A stretch of DNA of 46,981 nt, taken from positions 1 to 46,981 of the forward strand of contig CAYSZR010000007.1 in assembly GCA_964435565.1 (NCBI GenBank), given 5' to 3'. Origin of the DNA: an uncultured Coriobacteriaceae bacterium (GTDB lineage Bacteria; Actinomycetota; Coriobacteriia; Coriobacteriales; QAMH01). The translations under genes and the position numbers were made by a program. Below, in pieces: positions 9,347-17,372 of this stretch (position 1 is the first letter of the stretch; every line of letters begins with the position of its first letter). Below the pieces are notes generated by a model, which did not search any database, was not told the DNA's origin, and saw nothing but the letters and a program-made list of their open reading frames with translations.

Positions 9347-10108
9347 CTATTCCAGTGCGCTTTTGATTGCGGCAGCAAACGCTGCAACAGCGCCATCTTC
9401 AGAAGCATCCTTGACTTCGAGCTTGCGCGCGGCAGCCTCGGGAGCCTTGACTTCGAGTGTCTCAACAGATGCGGCAGGAGCTGCCTGCACAGCACCCATG
9501 TTCATCGGCTTCTTGCCTGCAGCAAGAATGTCCCTCATGCCCGGGATACGCGGAAGCGCGATATCAGGCGTGACCGCGATAAGACACGGCAGAGGAAGCT
9601 CGACGGTTTCAATGACATCTTCAAGCTTGCGCTTGGCAGTAATCGATGCGCCGTTTGATTCGATGTTGACGACACCGTTTACACAGGGAATGCCCAGTTT
9701 GTAGGCAAGTTGCACGTCGACTTGCTGCGCATAGTTATCTGCAGAACCGTCGCCGCAGACAATAACGTCATATGCGCCAATGTTCGCGAGTTCGGCGGCA
9801 AGCGCCTCGGCAGTCGCATGTGCGTCGAGATCGGCATACGCATCGTCGGCAATCATATAAAGCTCGTCAGCGCCACGCGCAAGAATATTCTTCTTGAGTT
9901 TCGATTCGTCGATTGACGCCGGACCGACGGTCAGCACGTTGACCTTCGAATCACCCGCACTCGCCGCAAGCTGGGCAGCAGCCTCGATTGCGTTGAGATC
10001 GTACGCTGAGATGGTTTGATGCACCTTGGACATATCAAGCTCGCCAGCAGCGGTGACCTGAATATCCTGATCATCAGGTACCACTTTGACAGCAACGACA
10101 ATATTCAT
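9347..10108 (-). CDS. etfB: Electron transfer flavoprotein beta subunit (FixA/YdiQ-like)
   Basis: MNIVVAVKVVPDDQD N-terminus typical of EtfB. The ATG at 10108 is preferred over the GTG at 10117, which abuts the GAAGG SD. Confidence 0.9.
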   Translation of the reverse strand: MNIVVAVKVVPDDQDIQVTAAGELDMSKVHQTISAYDLNAIEAAAQLAASAGDSKVNVLTVGPASIDESKLKKNILARGADELYMIADDAYADLDAHATAEALAAELANIGAYDVIVCGDGSADNYAQQVDVQLAYKLGIPCVNGVVNIESNGASITAKRKLEDVIETVELPLPCLIAVTPDIALPRIPGMRDILAAGKKPMNMGAVQAAPAASVETLEVKAPEAAARKLEVKDASEDGAVAAFAAAIKSALE

Positions 10109-10173
10109 ACCTTGCACCCTTCTGTCGGATTGCCTTGCGCTATCAATGTACGAAATGCCGGTTTGGGATTAAC

Positions 10174-10196
10174 TAGTCAATTTAAGCAATTGTCTA
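10174..10196. promoter_or_regulatory. Imperfect 23-bp palindrome TAGTCAATT-N5-AATTGTCTA upstream of etfB (candidate operator)
   Basis: 8 of 9 arm positions are complementary. It sits between the terminator of the upstream cupin gene (10279-10323) and the etfB start (10108). Confidence 0.4.
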
Positions 10197-10278
10197 AATT
10201 TTGGAAAAAACCGAGAGCGCTCGTGTGCAAACCAAGTAAAAAATCAGGCAATCCAAACACAGGGAGAAGATAAAGAAA

Positions 10279-10323
10279 TCCCCGGTGCAAGACCGATGAA
10301 CAACACGGTTTTTGCGCCGGGGA
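10279..10323 (-). terminator. Intrinsic terminator downstream of the cupin gene
   Basis: About 12-bp GC-rich stem (tccccggtgcaa / ttgcgccgggga, one mismatch) with an inner accg/cggt extension, followed on the minus strand by AUUUCUUUAUCUUCU. Confidence 0.6.
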
Positions 10324-10349
10324 AATGACAAAACTACCTTATAAAACGC

Positions 10350-10811
10350 TTATTTATATGTATCGCTTCCGTCATACGTATGACTTTTGACAACTGAAAA
10401 ATGAAAGATAGGGCGATCGACGCGCAGGATGCGCATGGGGTTATGTTTCAATCCTGCGGGCACGAAGATGATCGTCGATTTGGTAATAAGGTGTGCTTCT
10501 CCTTCGATAGAGAACTCAATCTCTCCGCCCAAATCGTTAGGATTATCAGAATCCGAACTGAAAAACCCGATAAGCTCATCCGAATCGTCGTGGCTATGCT
10601 CAAGGAAAATCGGATCACGGTCGGGAACATCATAATACCAAGCTGTATTCATCTGGAATGCCCCGGGGACGACGTCATTGTCAATCCAGCAGATACGATG
10701 TGAAAACGCCTCGTATAGCTTCTTGTAATCTCCTTCGAGAACCGGACCTCCCGCACAGTCCTGGACAAAGTTCGCCGCGTACTTTCCCGATTCGTTATTA
10801 AGGATAGCCAA
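10350..10811 (-). CDS. Cupin-domain protein of unknown function
   Basis: Cupin motif 1 EHSHDDSDELIGF (HxHxxxxE) and motif 2 VPAGLKHNP. I prefer the TTG start at 10811, preceded by GAGGAGGGG. The longest ORF (ATG 10925) would overlap the divergent gene start at 10883. Confidence 0.6.
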   Translation of the reverse strand: MAILNNESGKYAANFVQDCAGGPVLEGDYKKLYEAFSHRICWIDNDVVPGAFQMNTAWYYDVPDRDPIFLEHSHDDSDELIGFFSSDSDNPNDLGGEIEFSIEGEAHLITKSTIIFVPAGLKHNPMRILRVDRPIFHFSVVKSHTYDGSDTYK

Positions 10812-10882
10812 GTCAAACCCCTCCTCATGTAAAGCACCAATGGGCAAAGTATACGATACTATATAAGAGGCAAGGAGAAAGA

Positions 10883-11833
10883 ATGCAGGCAAAGACAAGA
10901 CACAAGGCGATACTCCTGACGACATTCGGCACCATCGTCATCTTCTTTGCCGCATGCGCACTCTATGCTGCTATGACGATGAGCTTCCCCATACCCACAA
11001 TCGAGCGCGCACTGTTTCGGGATGTAACTATCGATTATTGTGGCGCAACCGATTCTTCGGGTGCCACATCCAGCGCGCAGCGTCATTGGTTCTGGGAAGA
11101 AGAAGTGCACTACCCAGAGATAACGCGCAGTGGCTACACGCTTGCAAGATGGGATATCAGCGACGATAAAACCCGCGTAAGCGCCCATTGGGAATTGACC
11201 AACTACGCGCTAACCTACGACCTTGTATACGGCGAGCTGGCAGATGGCGCACTCGATACGCTGCCCGCCAACTGCACAATCCAAAGCGCAGCGTTTGCCC
11301 TGCCAACACCCACGCGATACGCCTATGTCTTCGACGGATGGACCATCGGCGATTCCCCACAGCGGATCACATCCGTCGATCCGGCCCTTATCCGTTCTGA
11401 TTCGACCATCCAAGCACACTGGGAGCCTCTTGGCATATTCCAGCCCTGCACGGTATATCTTGGGCCGACCTATGAAGCCGTGCCCTACGAATATAGCATC
11501 GACTCCGAAACCGCCCCTTCGGATTGCTGCGGCGTATGGAAAGGCGTGGCCGACGTCGATGACGGCAAATCGACCTATTACATTGGCCATAACCCCGGCG
11601 TCTTTGCACAAGTCGAGACATTCAACGAGGGTTCACGCTTCGCCATATGCGACGACGAAGGCCATCTGGGCGTCTATGAAGTTGTCAGAAAGATCGTCAT
11701 CTTGTACGAGGGAACGATGTGGACGCAGTCATTGGCAAATATGACCATGCCGGACGCTGAATACGCGTCTTTGCAGACATGCCGAGGAGACAAGGTATTC
11801 ATGGACATATACGTTGCCAAGCGCATCGACTGA
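10883..11833 (+). CDS. Membrane-anchored protein with two Flg_new (InlB B-repeat) modules and a C-terminal sortase-like domain
   Basis: AAGGAG lies 5 nt upstream of the ATG. N-terminal TM helix AILLTTFGTIVIFFAACALYAAM. Repeats end in GYTLARWD..AHWE and YVFDGWT..AHWEP. The C-terminus has sortase-like YYIGHNPG (His), SLQTC (Cys) and an Arg 14 residues later. Confidence 0.6.
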   Translation: MQAKTRHKAILLTTFGTIVIFFAACALYAAMTMSFPIPTIERALFRDVTIDYCGATDSSGATSSAQRHWFWEEEVHYPEITRSGYTLARWDISDDKTRVSAHWELTNYALTYDLVYGELADGALDTLPANCTIQSAAFALPTPTRYAYVFDGWTIGDSPQRITSVDPALIRSDSTIQAHWEPLGIFQPCTVYLGPTYEAVPYEYSIDSETAPSDCCGVWKGVADVDDGKSTYYIGHNPGVFAQVETFNEGSRFAICDDEGHLGVYEVVRKIVILYEGTMWTQSLANMTMPDAEYASLQTCRGDKVFMDIYVAKRID

Positions 11834-11846
11834 TGGAGAAACGCAC

Positions 11847-12929
11847 CTACGCGAAACGCAGAGCGCAAACCCAATTGCCACCGCTCCCATAGCTTACAAC
11901 AGCTCCCGTATGCGGCGCGTGTATGTAATTTGTGCCACCTGTGGAAATAGCCACATGGCCGCTGCGCCATAAAACATCGCCAGGCGCGGCATCCTCAGGA
12001 TTAAGGCGCGCGCTTGCCTGCGAATATTGAGAGCCATCGTAATGCCCAAGGCTGATGCCGATTTTGTCGTAGCACCACATGGTCAAACCCGAACAATCAA
12101 ACGTATCGGGGCCAGATGCTCCCCAAACATACGGGCAACCCAGGCGTGATACCGCATAATCGACGACAGAGCCGTGCGTGGGAATACTCGAGCCACCGCT
12201 ATAGGAACTCGATCCGCCATCATCATCCGACGAGCTCGACACGGTCGGCGTATAGGCTGCCGATGCAGATGCCTGACGCTGAGCTTCCGCTTCCTGCTCC
12301 TGTGCGACAAGCTGCTGGTATTCGGAACTGAGCCCGTTATATTCCGACTGATAAGCCGCCTCTTGCGATTCGATGGAGGCCTTGAGCGTCGCCTGCGACT
12401 GTAGCTCGCTGGCCGCACTCTGCTCGTTTGCATCGAGCTCTGCTTTTGCAGCATCAAGATCTGCCTTAGCGGCCTGAGCTTGCATTACCAGCGCTGCGTC
12501 TTCAGAGTTGAGCTGTTCGAGCATGTCATAGGTACTCGAGAAGTCATCGAACGAATTCGACCCCATGAGCACGTCCAGATACGACGTTGCGCCTTCACGG
12601 TACATGGCCGTCGCACGCGTGCCCAGTCGATTTTGCAATGCCGATATCTTCGCCGTTGCCTCATTGATTCTCGTCTGGCATTCAGCGACTTTTGCCACCG
12701 CGCTGTCATATGCATCCTGCGCCGCATTGTACTGGGAGACAGTCTGCTCGAGCTGCGAAGTCATAGAATCGAGCTTCGCCTTCGCCGCCTGCACCTCCGC
12801 CTGTTTCTCGGCACTTGTCACCGCATGTGCCTGAACAGGGGATGCGATACTCGCGACACCTGCAATGCCCAGTGTCACGGCAGCGCCCAAGAAAGATCGT
12901 CGATTCATCGTTTCATCCATGTTTTTCAC
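11847..12929 (-). CDS. Secreted NlpC/P60 (C40) peptidoglycan endopeptidase with N-terminal coiled-coil region (RipA/PcsB-like architecture)
   Basis: Tat-type signal NRRSFLGAAVTLGIAGVASIASPVQAHA, about 200 aa of A/Q/E-rich heptad-like sequence, a Ser-rich linker, and a catalytic FDCSGLTMWCY ... GHVAIS ... H. The start could be GTG 12929 or ATG 12920. Confidence 0.85.
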   Translation of the reverse strand: MKNMDETMNRRSFLGAAVTLGIAGVASIASPVQAHAVTSAEKQAEVQAAKAKLDSMTSQLEQTVSQYNAAQDAYDSAVAKVAECQTRINEATAKISALQNRLGTRATAMYREGATSYLDVLMGSNSFDDFSSTYDMLEQLNSEDAALVMQAQAAKADLDAAKAELDANEQSAASELQSQATLKASIESQEAAYQSEYNGLSSEYQQLVAQEQEAEAQRQASASAAYTPTVSSSSDDDGGSSSYSGGSSIPTHGSVVDYAVSRLGCPYVWGASGPDTFDCSGLTMWCYDKIGISLGHYDGSQYSQASARLNPEDAAPGDVLWRSGHVAISTGGTNYIHAPHTGAVVSYGSGGNWVCALRFA

Positions 12930-13187
12930 CCAAACATTCCTGATTGGTGGTGTGTATTGAACCTTGAGACGAGTATTTAAACAATATTTAGCGATTCAGG
13001 CAAGCTCACCATAAATTCTAAACATTATTCCCATGTTTCGCCCAAGGCGTGTTTTATACGTTTTTGTGCATTTGTCTGCGCTTTTCCTTATCAACTTGCA
13101 CAAAGAATCGCCCTTTTGCCTAGGTTCTATATAAATGTAAGTGTAAAATGGATGCATGCATAGGTGTTATTAATATTCCACTGTTAG

Positions 13188-13541
13188 ATGGGTGAAGCGA
13201 TGGATATCGATAAACTCCAAAATGCGGGCATCGATTGGGAAGACGGCGTACGCCGATGCGGCGGTGATCCCGCGCTCTACGAGCGATTACTAGGAATGTT
13301 TGCCAACGACACGAATTTCAATGAAGCAGCCAAGTCCTTGGAAGCTTCGGATTACGAGGGCCTGTTCTCGCACACGCACGAAATCAAGGGCATGAGCGGA
13401 AACCTCTCGATAACCGATGTCTATGCTGATTCATCCGAAGTCGTCGCGTTGCTTCGTGCAAAGGAATACGACAGCATCAATGCAGCATTTGAAAAACTAC
13501 GCGCATCATATTCACAGGCGCTTGAAGCAATCGGTGAGTAA
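13188..13541 (+). CDS. Hpt (histidine phosphotransfer) domain protein
   Basis: 117 aa with the conserved phosphorylatable-His motif HTHEIKGMSGNL. An alternative ATG lies at 13200. Confidence 0.8.
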   Translation: MGEAMDIDKLQNAGIDWEDGVRRCGGDPALYERLLGMFANDTNFNEAAKSLEASDYEGLFSHTHEIKGMSGNLSITDVYADSSEVVALLRAKEYDSINAAFEKLRASYSQALEAIGE

Positions 13542-13576
13542 ACCCCGTTAGATCGTGTACGAAAAGAGGATGAAAG

Positions 13577-15721
13577 ATGGCTGACGAAGTGACGTCGAGC
13601 AAGAAGACCATCCTTATAGTCGATAATTCGCCCCTCGCCCGTATGCAGTTGGGCGGCATTCTCGCGCCAACCTACAATATCGTCGAAGCCGAAGAAGGCG
13701 TTCGCGCACTCGAGCTCATGCGTCTGTACGGTGCAGATGACCTTGCTGCCGTACTGCTTGACCTCTATATGCCCGGCATGACCGGGTACGACGTGCTCGC
13801 TGAAAAATCGGCCGACCCCGCTATAGCGGATATCCCCGTCGTCGTCGTCACTGCAGACGCCCTGACCACTGCCGAAGTTAAAGCGCTCGATGCAGGTGCC
13901 GCTGACTTTCTTATCAAGCCCATAGAGCCGGAAATCGTACGACGCCGTATCCACTCCGTCGTAAGCGCCCGTGAAATCGAAGAACAGCGCATGCGCATCC
14001 GCATCCTGGAAGAAGCCGCTTGGCGCGCCGACCACGACGACCTGACCGGAATCTATTCGCGCAAGGCATTTTTGCGCAACACGCAAGTCATGCTGGCAAA
14101 CGATCTCGATAACGACTATTTGCTCGCTTTATGGGATATCGAGAAGTTCAAGCTGGTAAACGAACTGTTTGGCACCACAATGGGCGACCATGCACTCCAA
14201 ATCGCCGCGAGGAGCCTCGCGCGGCATATCGAAGGACATGGCACCTACGGACGCCTTGGAAACGATGACTTCGTATTCTGCACAACCAGGGATTCAGTCG
14301 ACATCCCTAAGCTCATGGACGAAATCGTCTCAGAGACCATGGACACGTTCGGCGCCATGGAAACAAGCGTCACCCTTGTCATAGCAACCGGCGTGTATCC
14401 CGTTGAAAACCACGATATGGACGTTGCCGTTATGCTTGATCGCGCCACCATGGCGCAGCGCACCATCAAGGGCAATTACAATAACCATATCGCCTACTAC
14501 GATACCGAGCTTTCGAATCGTCTCTATGAAGAACAAGACATTCTCAATAACATGGAAAACGCGCTCGAAAACGGCGAGTTCCGCGTCCAGTTGCAACCTG
14601 TCTACGACCTATCGACAGGGCTGCCGACAAGCGCAGAGGCGCTCGTGCGCTGGCATAGACCCGGTTACGGCATGGTACCACCCGATCATTTCGTTCCTCT
14701 TTTCGAGAAAAACGGCTTCATATCAAAAATGGACCGCAATATCTGGGAACAAGTCTGCCAGACTCTTAGCGACAGACGTGATAAGAACCTGCCCGAAATA
14801 CCCATTTTGGTCAACCTATCCCGCCGAAGCGCCTATAGCTCCGACTTATTCGACACGATCGTAGGGCTCACCGAAAAATATGCCATCAAGCCAGAGTTGC
14901 TGCGTATCGAAGTTACCGAATCATCATATATCGACGATCCGAACCGTCTCATCGAAACGGTCCGGCGACTGCAAGATCACGGATTTACCATCTTGATGGA
15001 TGACTTTGGCAGCGGCTATTCCTCTCTCAATGCTTTGAAAGACATACCTGTTGATATCCTGAAGATCGACATGCAGTTCATGCGCGGATTCGAAGAAGGC
15101 GGCCGCGTGGGAACGATTCTCACCTCTGTTATCCGTATGGCGCGTTGGCTGGGAATTCCTGTCATTGCCGAGGGTGTCGAAACCGTCGAACAATACGAAT
15201 TTCTTCGATCAATCGGATGCGAATACACGCAGGGATTCTATTTCGCGTGTCCGATGGATCGCGATGAATTCGAACAGCAGCTTGTAGCACGCCCCGTCTA
15301 TCTGCCAGACAAGGAAAAGAGTTTCTCCAAGAGCGATGTGGACGGCATTTTAGGCGGCGATCATCTGCTCGACCGGATGATGAACGGCGTCCTTGACGGT
15401 TATGCCATCTTCGAATGGACCTCAGAAAAACTCGAGTTGATACGGTCAAACGAAGGCTTCTTGAATATCTTCGGCTATAACGTGGATTCTTACCGAAAAG
15501 AGTCTATGCACGTCATAGACCATATCATGTTAGACGATCGGCATCGCTTCCTCATGTCTTGCCAACAGGCGGCCGAAGCACATAGCCAAACCAGTTTGAC
15601 CATTCAATGCAAAGACGCAAGCGACAACTGGACAAAGCTTGCGACAACGCTTATCTGCGTTAGCAACACCGCAAAAAGCGCATTGCTTTTCGTTGCATTT
15701 CGCTATGCCGACATCGGCTAG
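13577..15721 (+). CDS. Response regulator with REC, degenerate GGDEF, EAL and C-terminal PAS-like domains
   Basis: REC: ILIVDNS ... LLDLYMPGMTG. GGDEF domain: DDLTGIYSRKAF, with the signature degraded to RLGNDDF. EAL: EALVRW, EVTES, DDFGSGYSSL, LKIDMQF, AEGVET..Q. About 125 aa of PAS-like tail follow. AAGAGGA SD. Confidence 0.85.
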   Translation: MADEVTSSKKTILIVDNSPLARMQLGGILAPTYNIVEAEEGVRALELMRLYGADDLAAVLLDLYMPGMTGYDVLAEKSADPAIADIPVVVVTADALTTAEVKALDAGAADFLIKPIEPEIVRRRIHSVVSAREIEEQRMRIRILEEAAWRADHDDLTGIYSRKAFLRNTQVMLANDLDNDYLLALWDIEKFKLVNELFGTTMGDHALQIAARSLARHIEGHGTYGRLGNDDFVFCTTRDSVDIPKLMDEIVSETMDTFGAMETSVTLVIATGVYPVENHDMDVAVMLDRATMAQRTIKGNYNNHIAYYDTELSNRLYEEQDILNNMENALENGEFRVQLQPVYDLSTGLPTSAEALVRWHRPGYGMVPPDHFVPLFEKNGFISKMDRNIWEQVCQTLSDRRDKNLPEIPILVNLSRRSAYSSDLFDTIVGLTEKYAIKPELLRIEVTESSYIDDPNRLIETVRRLQDHGFTILMDDFGSGYSSLNALKDIPVDILKIDMQFMRGFEEGGRVGTILTSVIRMARWLGIPVIAEGVETVEQYEFLRSIGCEYTQGFYFACPMDRDEFEQQLVARPVYLPDKEKSFSKSDVDGILGGDHLLDRMMNGVLDGYAIFEWTSEKLELIRSNEGFLNIFGYNVDSYRKESMHVIDHIMLDDRHRFLMSCQQAAEAHSQTSLTIQCKDASDNWTKLATTLICVSNTAKSALLFVAFRYADIG

Positions 15722-15812
15722 CACGTCATCGGACGTGAAGTATTCACCAACACGCCGTCGTTAAAGACAGCGTGCAAAATACAGCTTGGGACGTTTATAC
15801 ACTGGAGGAAAC

Positions 15813-17357
15813 ATGTACAAAGGCGACCCGAAACGCACCCGCAGACAAAGCATCGCGCACACGGCAAGCATCCTCATCCTCGTCATCACCTTTCTCGCCT
15901 TATTCTCTGGCCTTATCATCGCTCTTATCCAACAATTAGCTACTGCTTCAAACGATGACACGCAATCGCTTGAATTCGTTGCTGACCTTTCATTTGCTGA
16001 TCCAGAGATACTAATCTACGCGCTTATGCTTATCTCCTCACTCGTCACCGGATCTTTGGGCATTCGAGCGGCTTATTATCCAAAGAAATCGAAGGCATTC
16101 TTTATCGCATCCATTGTCAGCATATGCATCGCAATACCAAGCGCGGCGTTCGGTTTTTCAATCAGCGTCCCGTATTTCGTTGTGAATATCACCTTTCTCG
16201 CAGCTCCCATCTTCAGCGTCTGGGCATCATACAAGCTCAGACAAGAGGCTATCGAATACGAAGAGACAGGGCGCGAGTTCATCGACCCCCTTACCAGCCG
16301 CCGTTATCTCGGTTTTCTGCGCTTCGTTGAATTCGCCTTTGTCGTCAACGTCTTGCTCACCCTCATAGGACTGATCTTCACCTCAAGAAATGCAGTCCAG
16401 TACACGCCGGCTCATCTAATCGATTGGGCCAATATCGTCTTCGAGTGCATCGCGCTGTGGTTTATCATGAGACGCTTTCGTGTCACACGCCCGTTTGTCA
16501 TTGCATTCGCCTTATTCAATATCACCACCGGCTGGACCTCCGATCTGATCCTCGGTGATTTCGACCTATTGCCAAACATCTTCGCGTCCCTGAGCGATAT
16601 CGTTCTCACCTCCTATTTCTTCACTTCGAAGCGGGTGAAATATATTTGCACGCAGCCATTCATGCTCAAAGAGAGCACATCAGAAGAAGACGATGCTGAA
16701 ATGGACTTTAAGATCGAGCGTCATGGCTGGTCCTTTATACGCAGGCTCGCCATCTTCTACTGCGTTTTCTCGCTCTTAGGGCACTGGATGGAAGCGGACA
16801 TGTGTCAGCTCATCATCTTAGGAATCGTCAGCGGGGAGTACGACCCTTCAAATACCGTATTGTGGCGCGACTGGTTCTACCCATACCCTATGGAAGGACT
16901 CGCCGTCGTTTTTATCGCGCTGTTTCTCTACCCGCTTAAAGAAAAGCTGGTCGAACATATTAGAATTCCCGTCATACCCTATGTTCTTAGCTTTATAGCC
17001 AATATGCTCGTATGCGTTGCAATCGAATTCGCCATGGGACTTATCGTCAACGGCGATCATCAGCTCTGGGATTATTCAAATATGGTCGGCAACATCATGG
17101 GACAGGTCTGTCTGCAAAACGCCCTAGGGTTTGGCGCTGCTGCCTCGATTATCACCTGGCTTGTCTACCCTCTGCTCGAACGGCTGCTGGCAAGAATACC
17201 CAATCAAGTCATGAACCTGATATTTCTTGCTACCGTTACGGCATATGCGATTCCGCAGACGCTCTATCTAATCGATCCGCCTGTCGATATTGCCTATGCT
17301 GCAGAGCCCACCAGTAGCCCCAGCATATCGACAGGCCCAACGAGCTCTTTGCTGTAG
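15813..17357 (+). CDS. Polytopic membrane protein with C-terminal PF06541-like (putative ABC-transporter type IV/CmpB, DUF) domain
   Basis: Multiple TM helices. The C-terminal half carries IFYCVFSLLGHWMEA and HQLWDYSNMVGNIMGQVCLQNALGFG, resembling the PF06541 signatures as I recall them. ATG at 15813 after GGAGGAA; the longest ORF begins with TTG at 15786. Confidence 0.6.
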   Translation: MYKGDPKRTRRQSIAHTASILILVITFLALFSGLIIALIQQLATASNDDTQSLEFVADLSFADPEILIYALMLISSLVTGSLGIRAAYYPKKSKAFFIASIVSICIAIPSAAFGFSISVPYFVVNITFLAAPIFSVWASYKLRQEAIEYEETGREFIDPLTSRRYLGFLRFVEFAFVVNVLLTLIGLIFTSRNAVQYTPAHLIDWANIVFECIALWFIMRRFRVTRPFVIAFALFNITTGWTSDLILGDFDLLPNIFASLSDIVLTSYFFTSKRVKYICTQPFMLKESTSEEDDAEMDFKIERHGWSFIRRLAIFYCVFSLLGHWMEADMCQLIILGIVSGEYDPSNTVLWRDWFYPYPMEGLAVVFIALFLYPLKEKLVEHIRIPVIPYVLSFIANMLVCVAIEFAMGLIVNGDHQLWDYSNMVGNIMGQVCLQNALGFGAAASIITWLVYPLLERLLARIPNQVMNLIFLATVTAYAIPQTLYLIDPPVDIAYAAEPTSSPSISTGPTSSLL

Positions 17358-17372
17358 GCGGGGATATGCCAG

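Noticed and set aside
10812-10925. Hydrophobic N-terminal extension of the cupin ORF (ATG at 10925), which would make it a membrane-anchored protein.
   Set aside because: It would overlap the divergently transcribed neighbour (strong AAGGAG-ATG at 10883) by 43 nt and has no SD. A TTG at 10811 with GAGGAGGGG upstream is more plausible, but this remains uncertain.
12930-13187. Possible cyclic-di-AMP (ydaO-type) or other riboswitch upstream of the NlpC/P60 gene.
   Set aside because: The leader has only a UGAAUCGCU-like fragment and lacks the G-rich conserved cores (GGGGA, ACGGGG, CCGA and so on). I could not fold it into the pseudo-symmetric ydaO architecture by eye.
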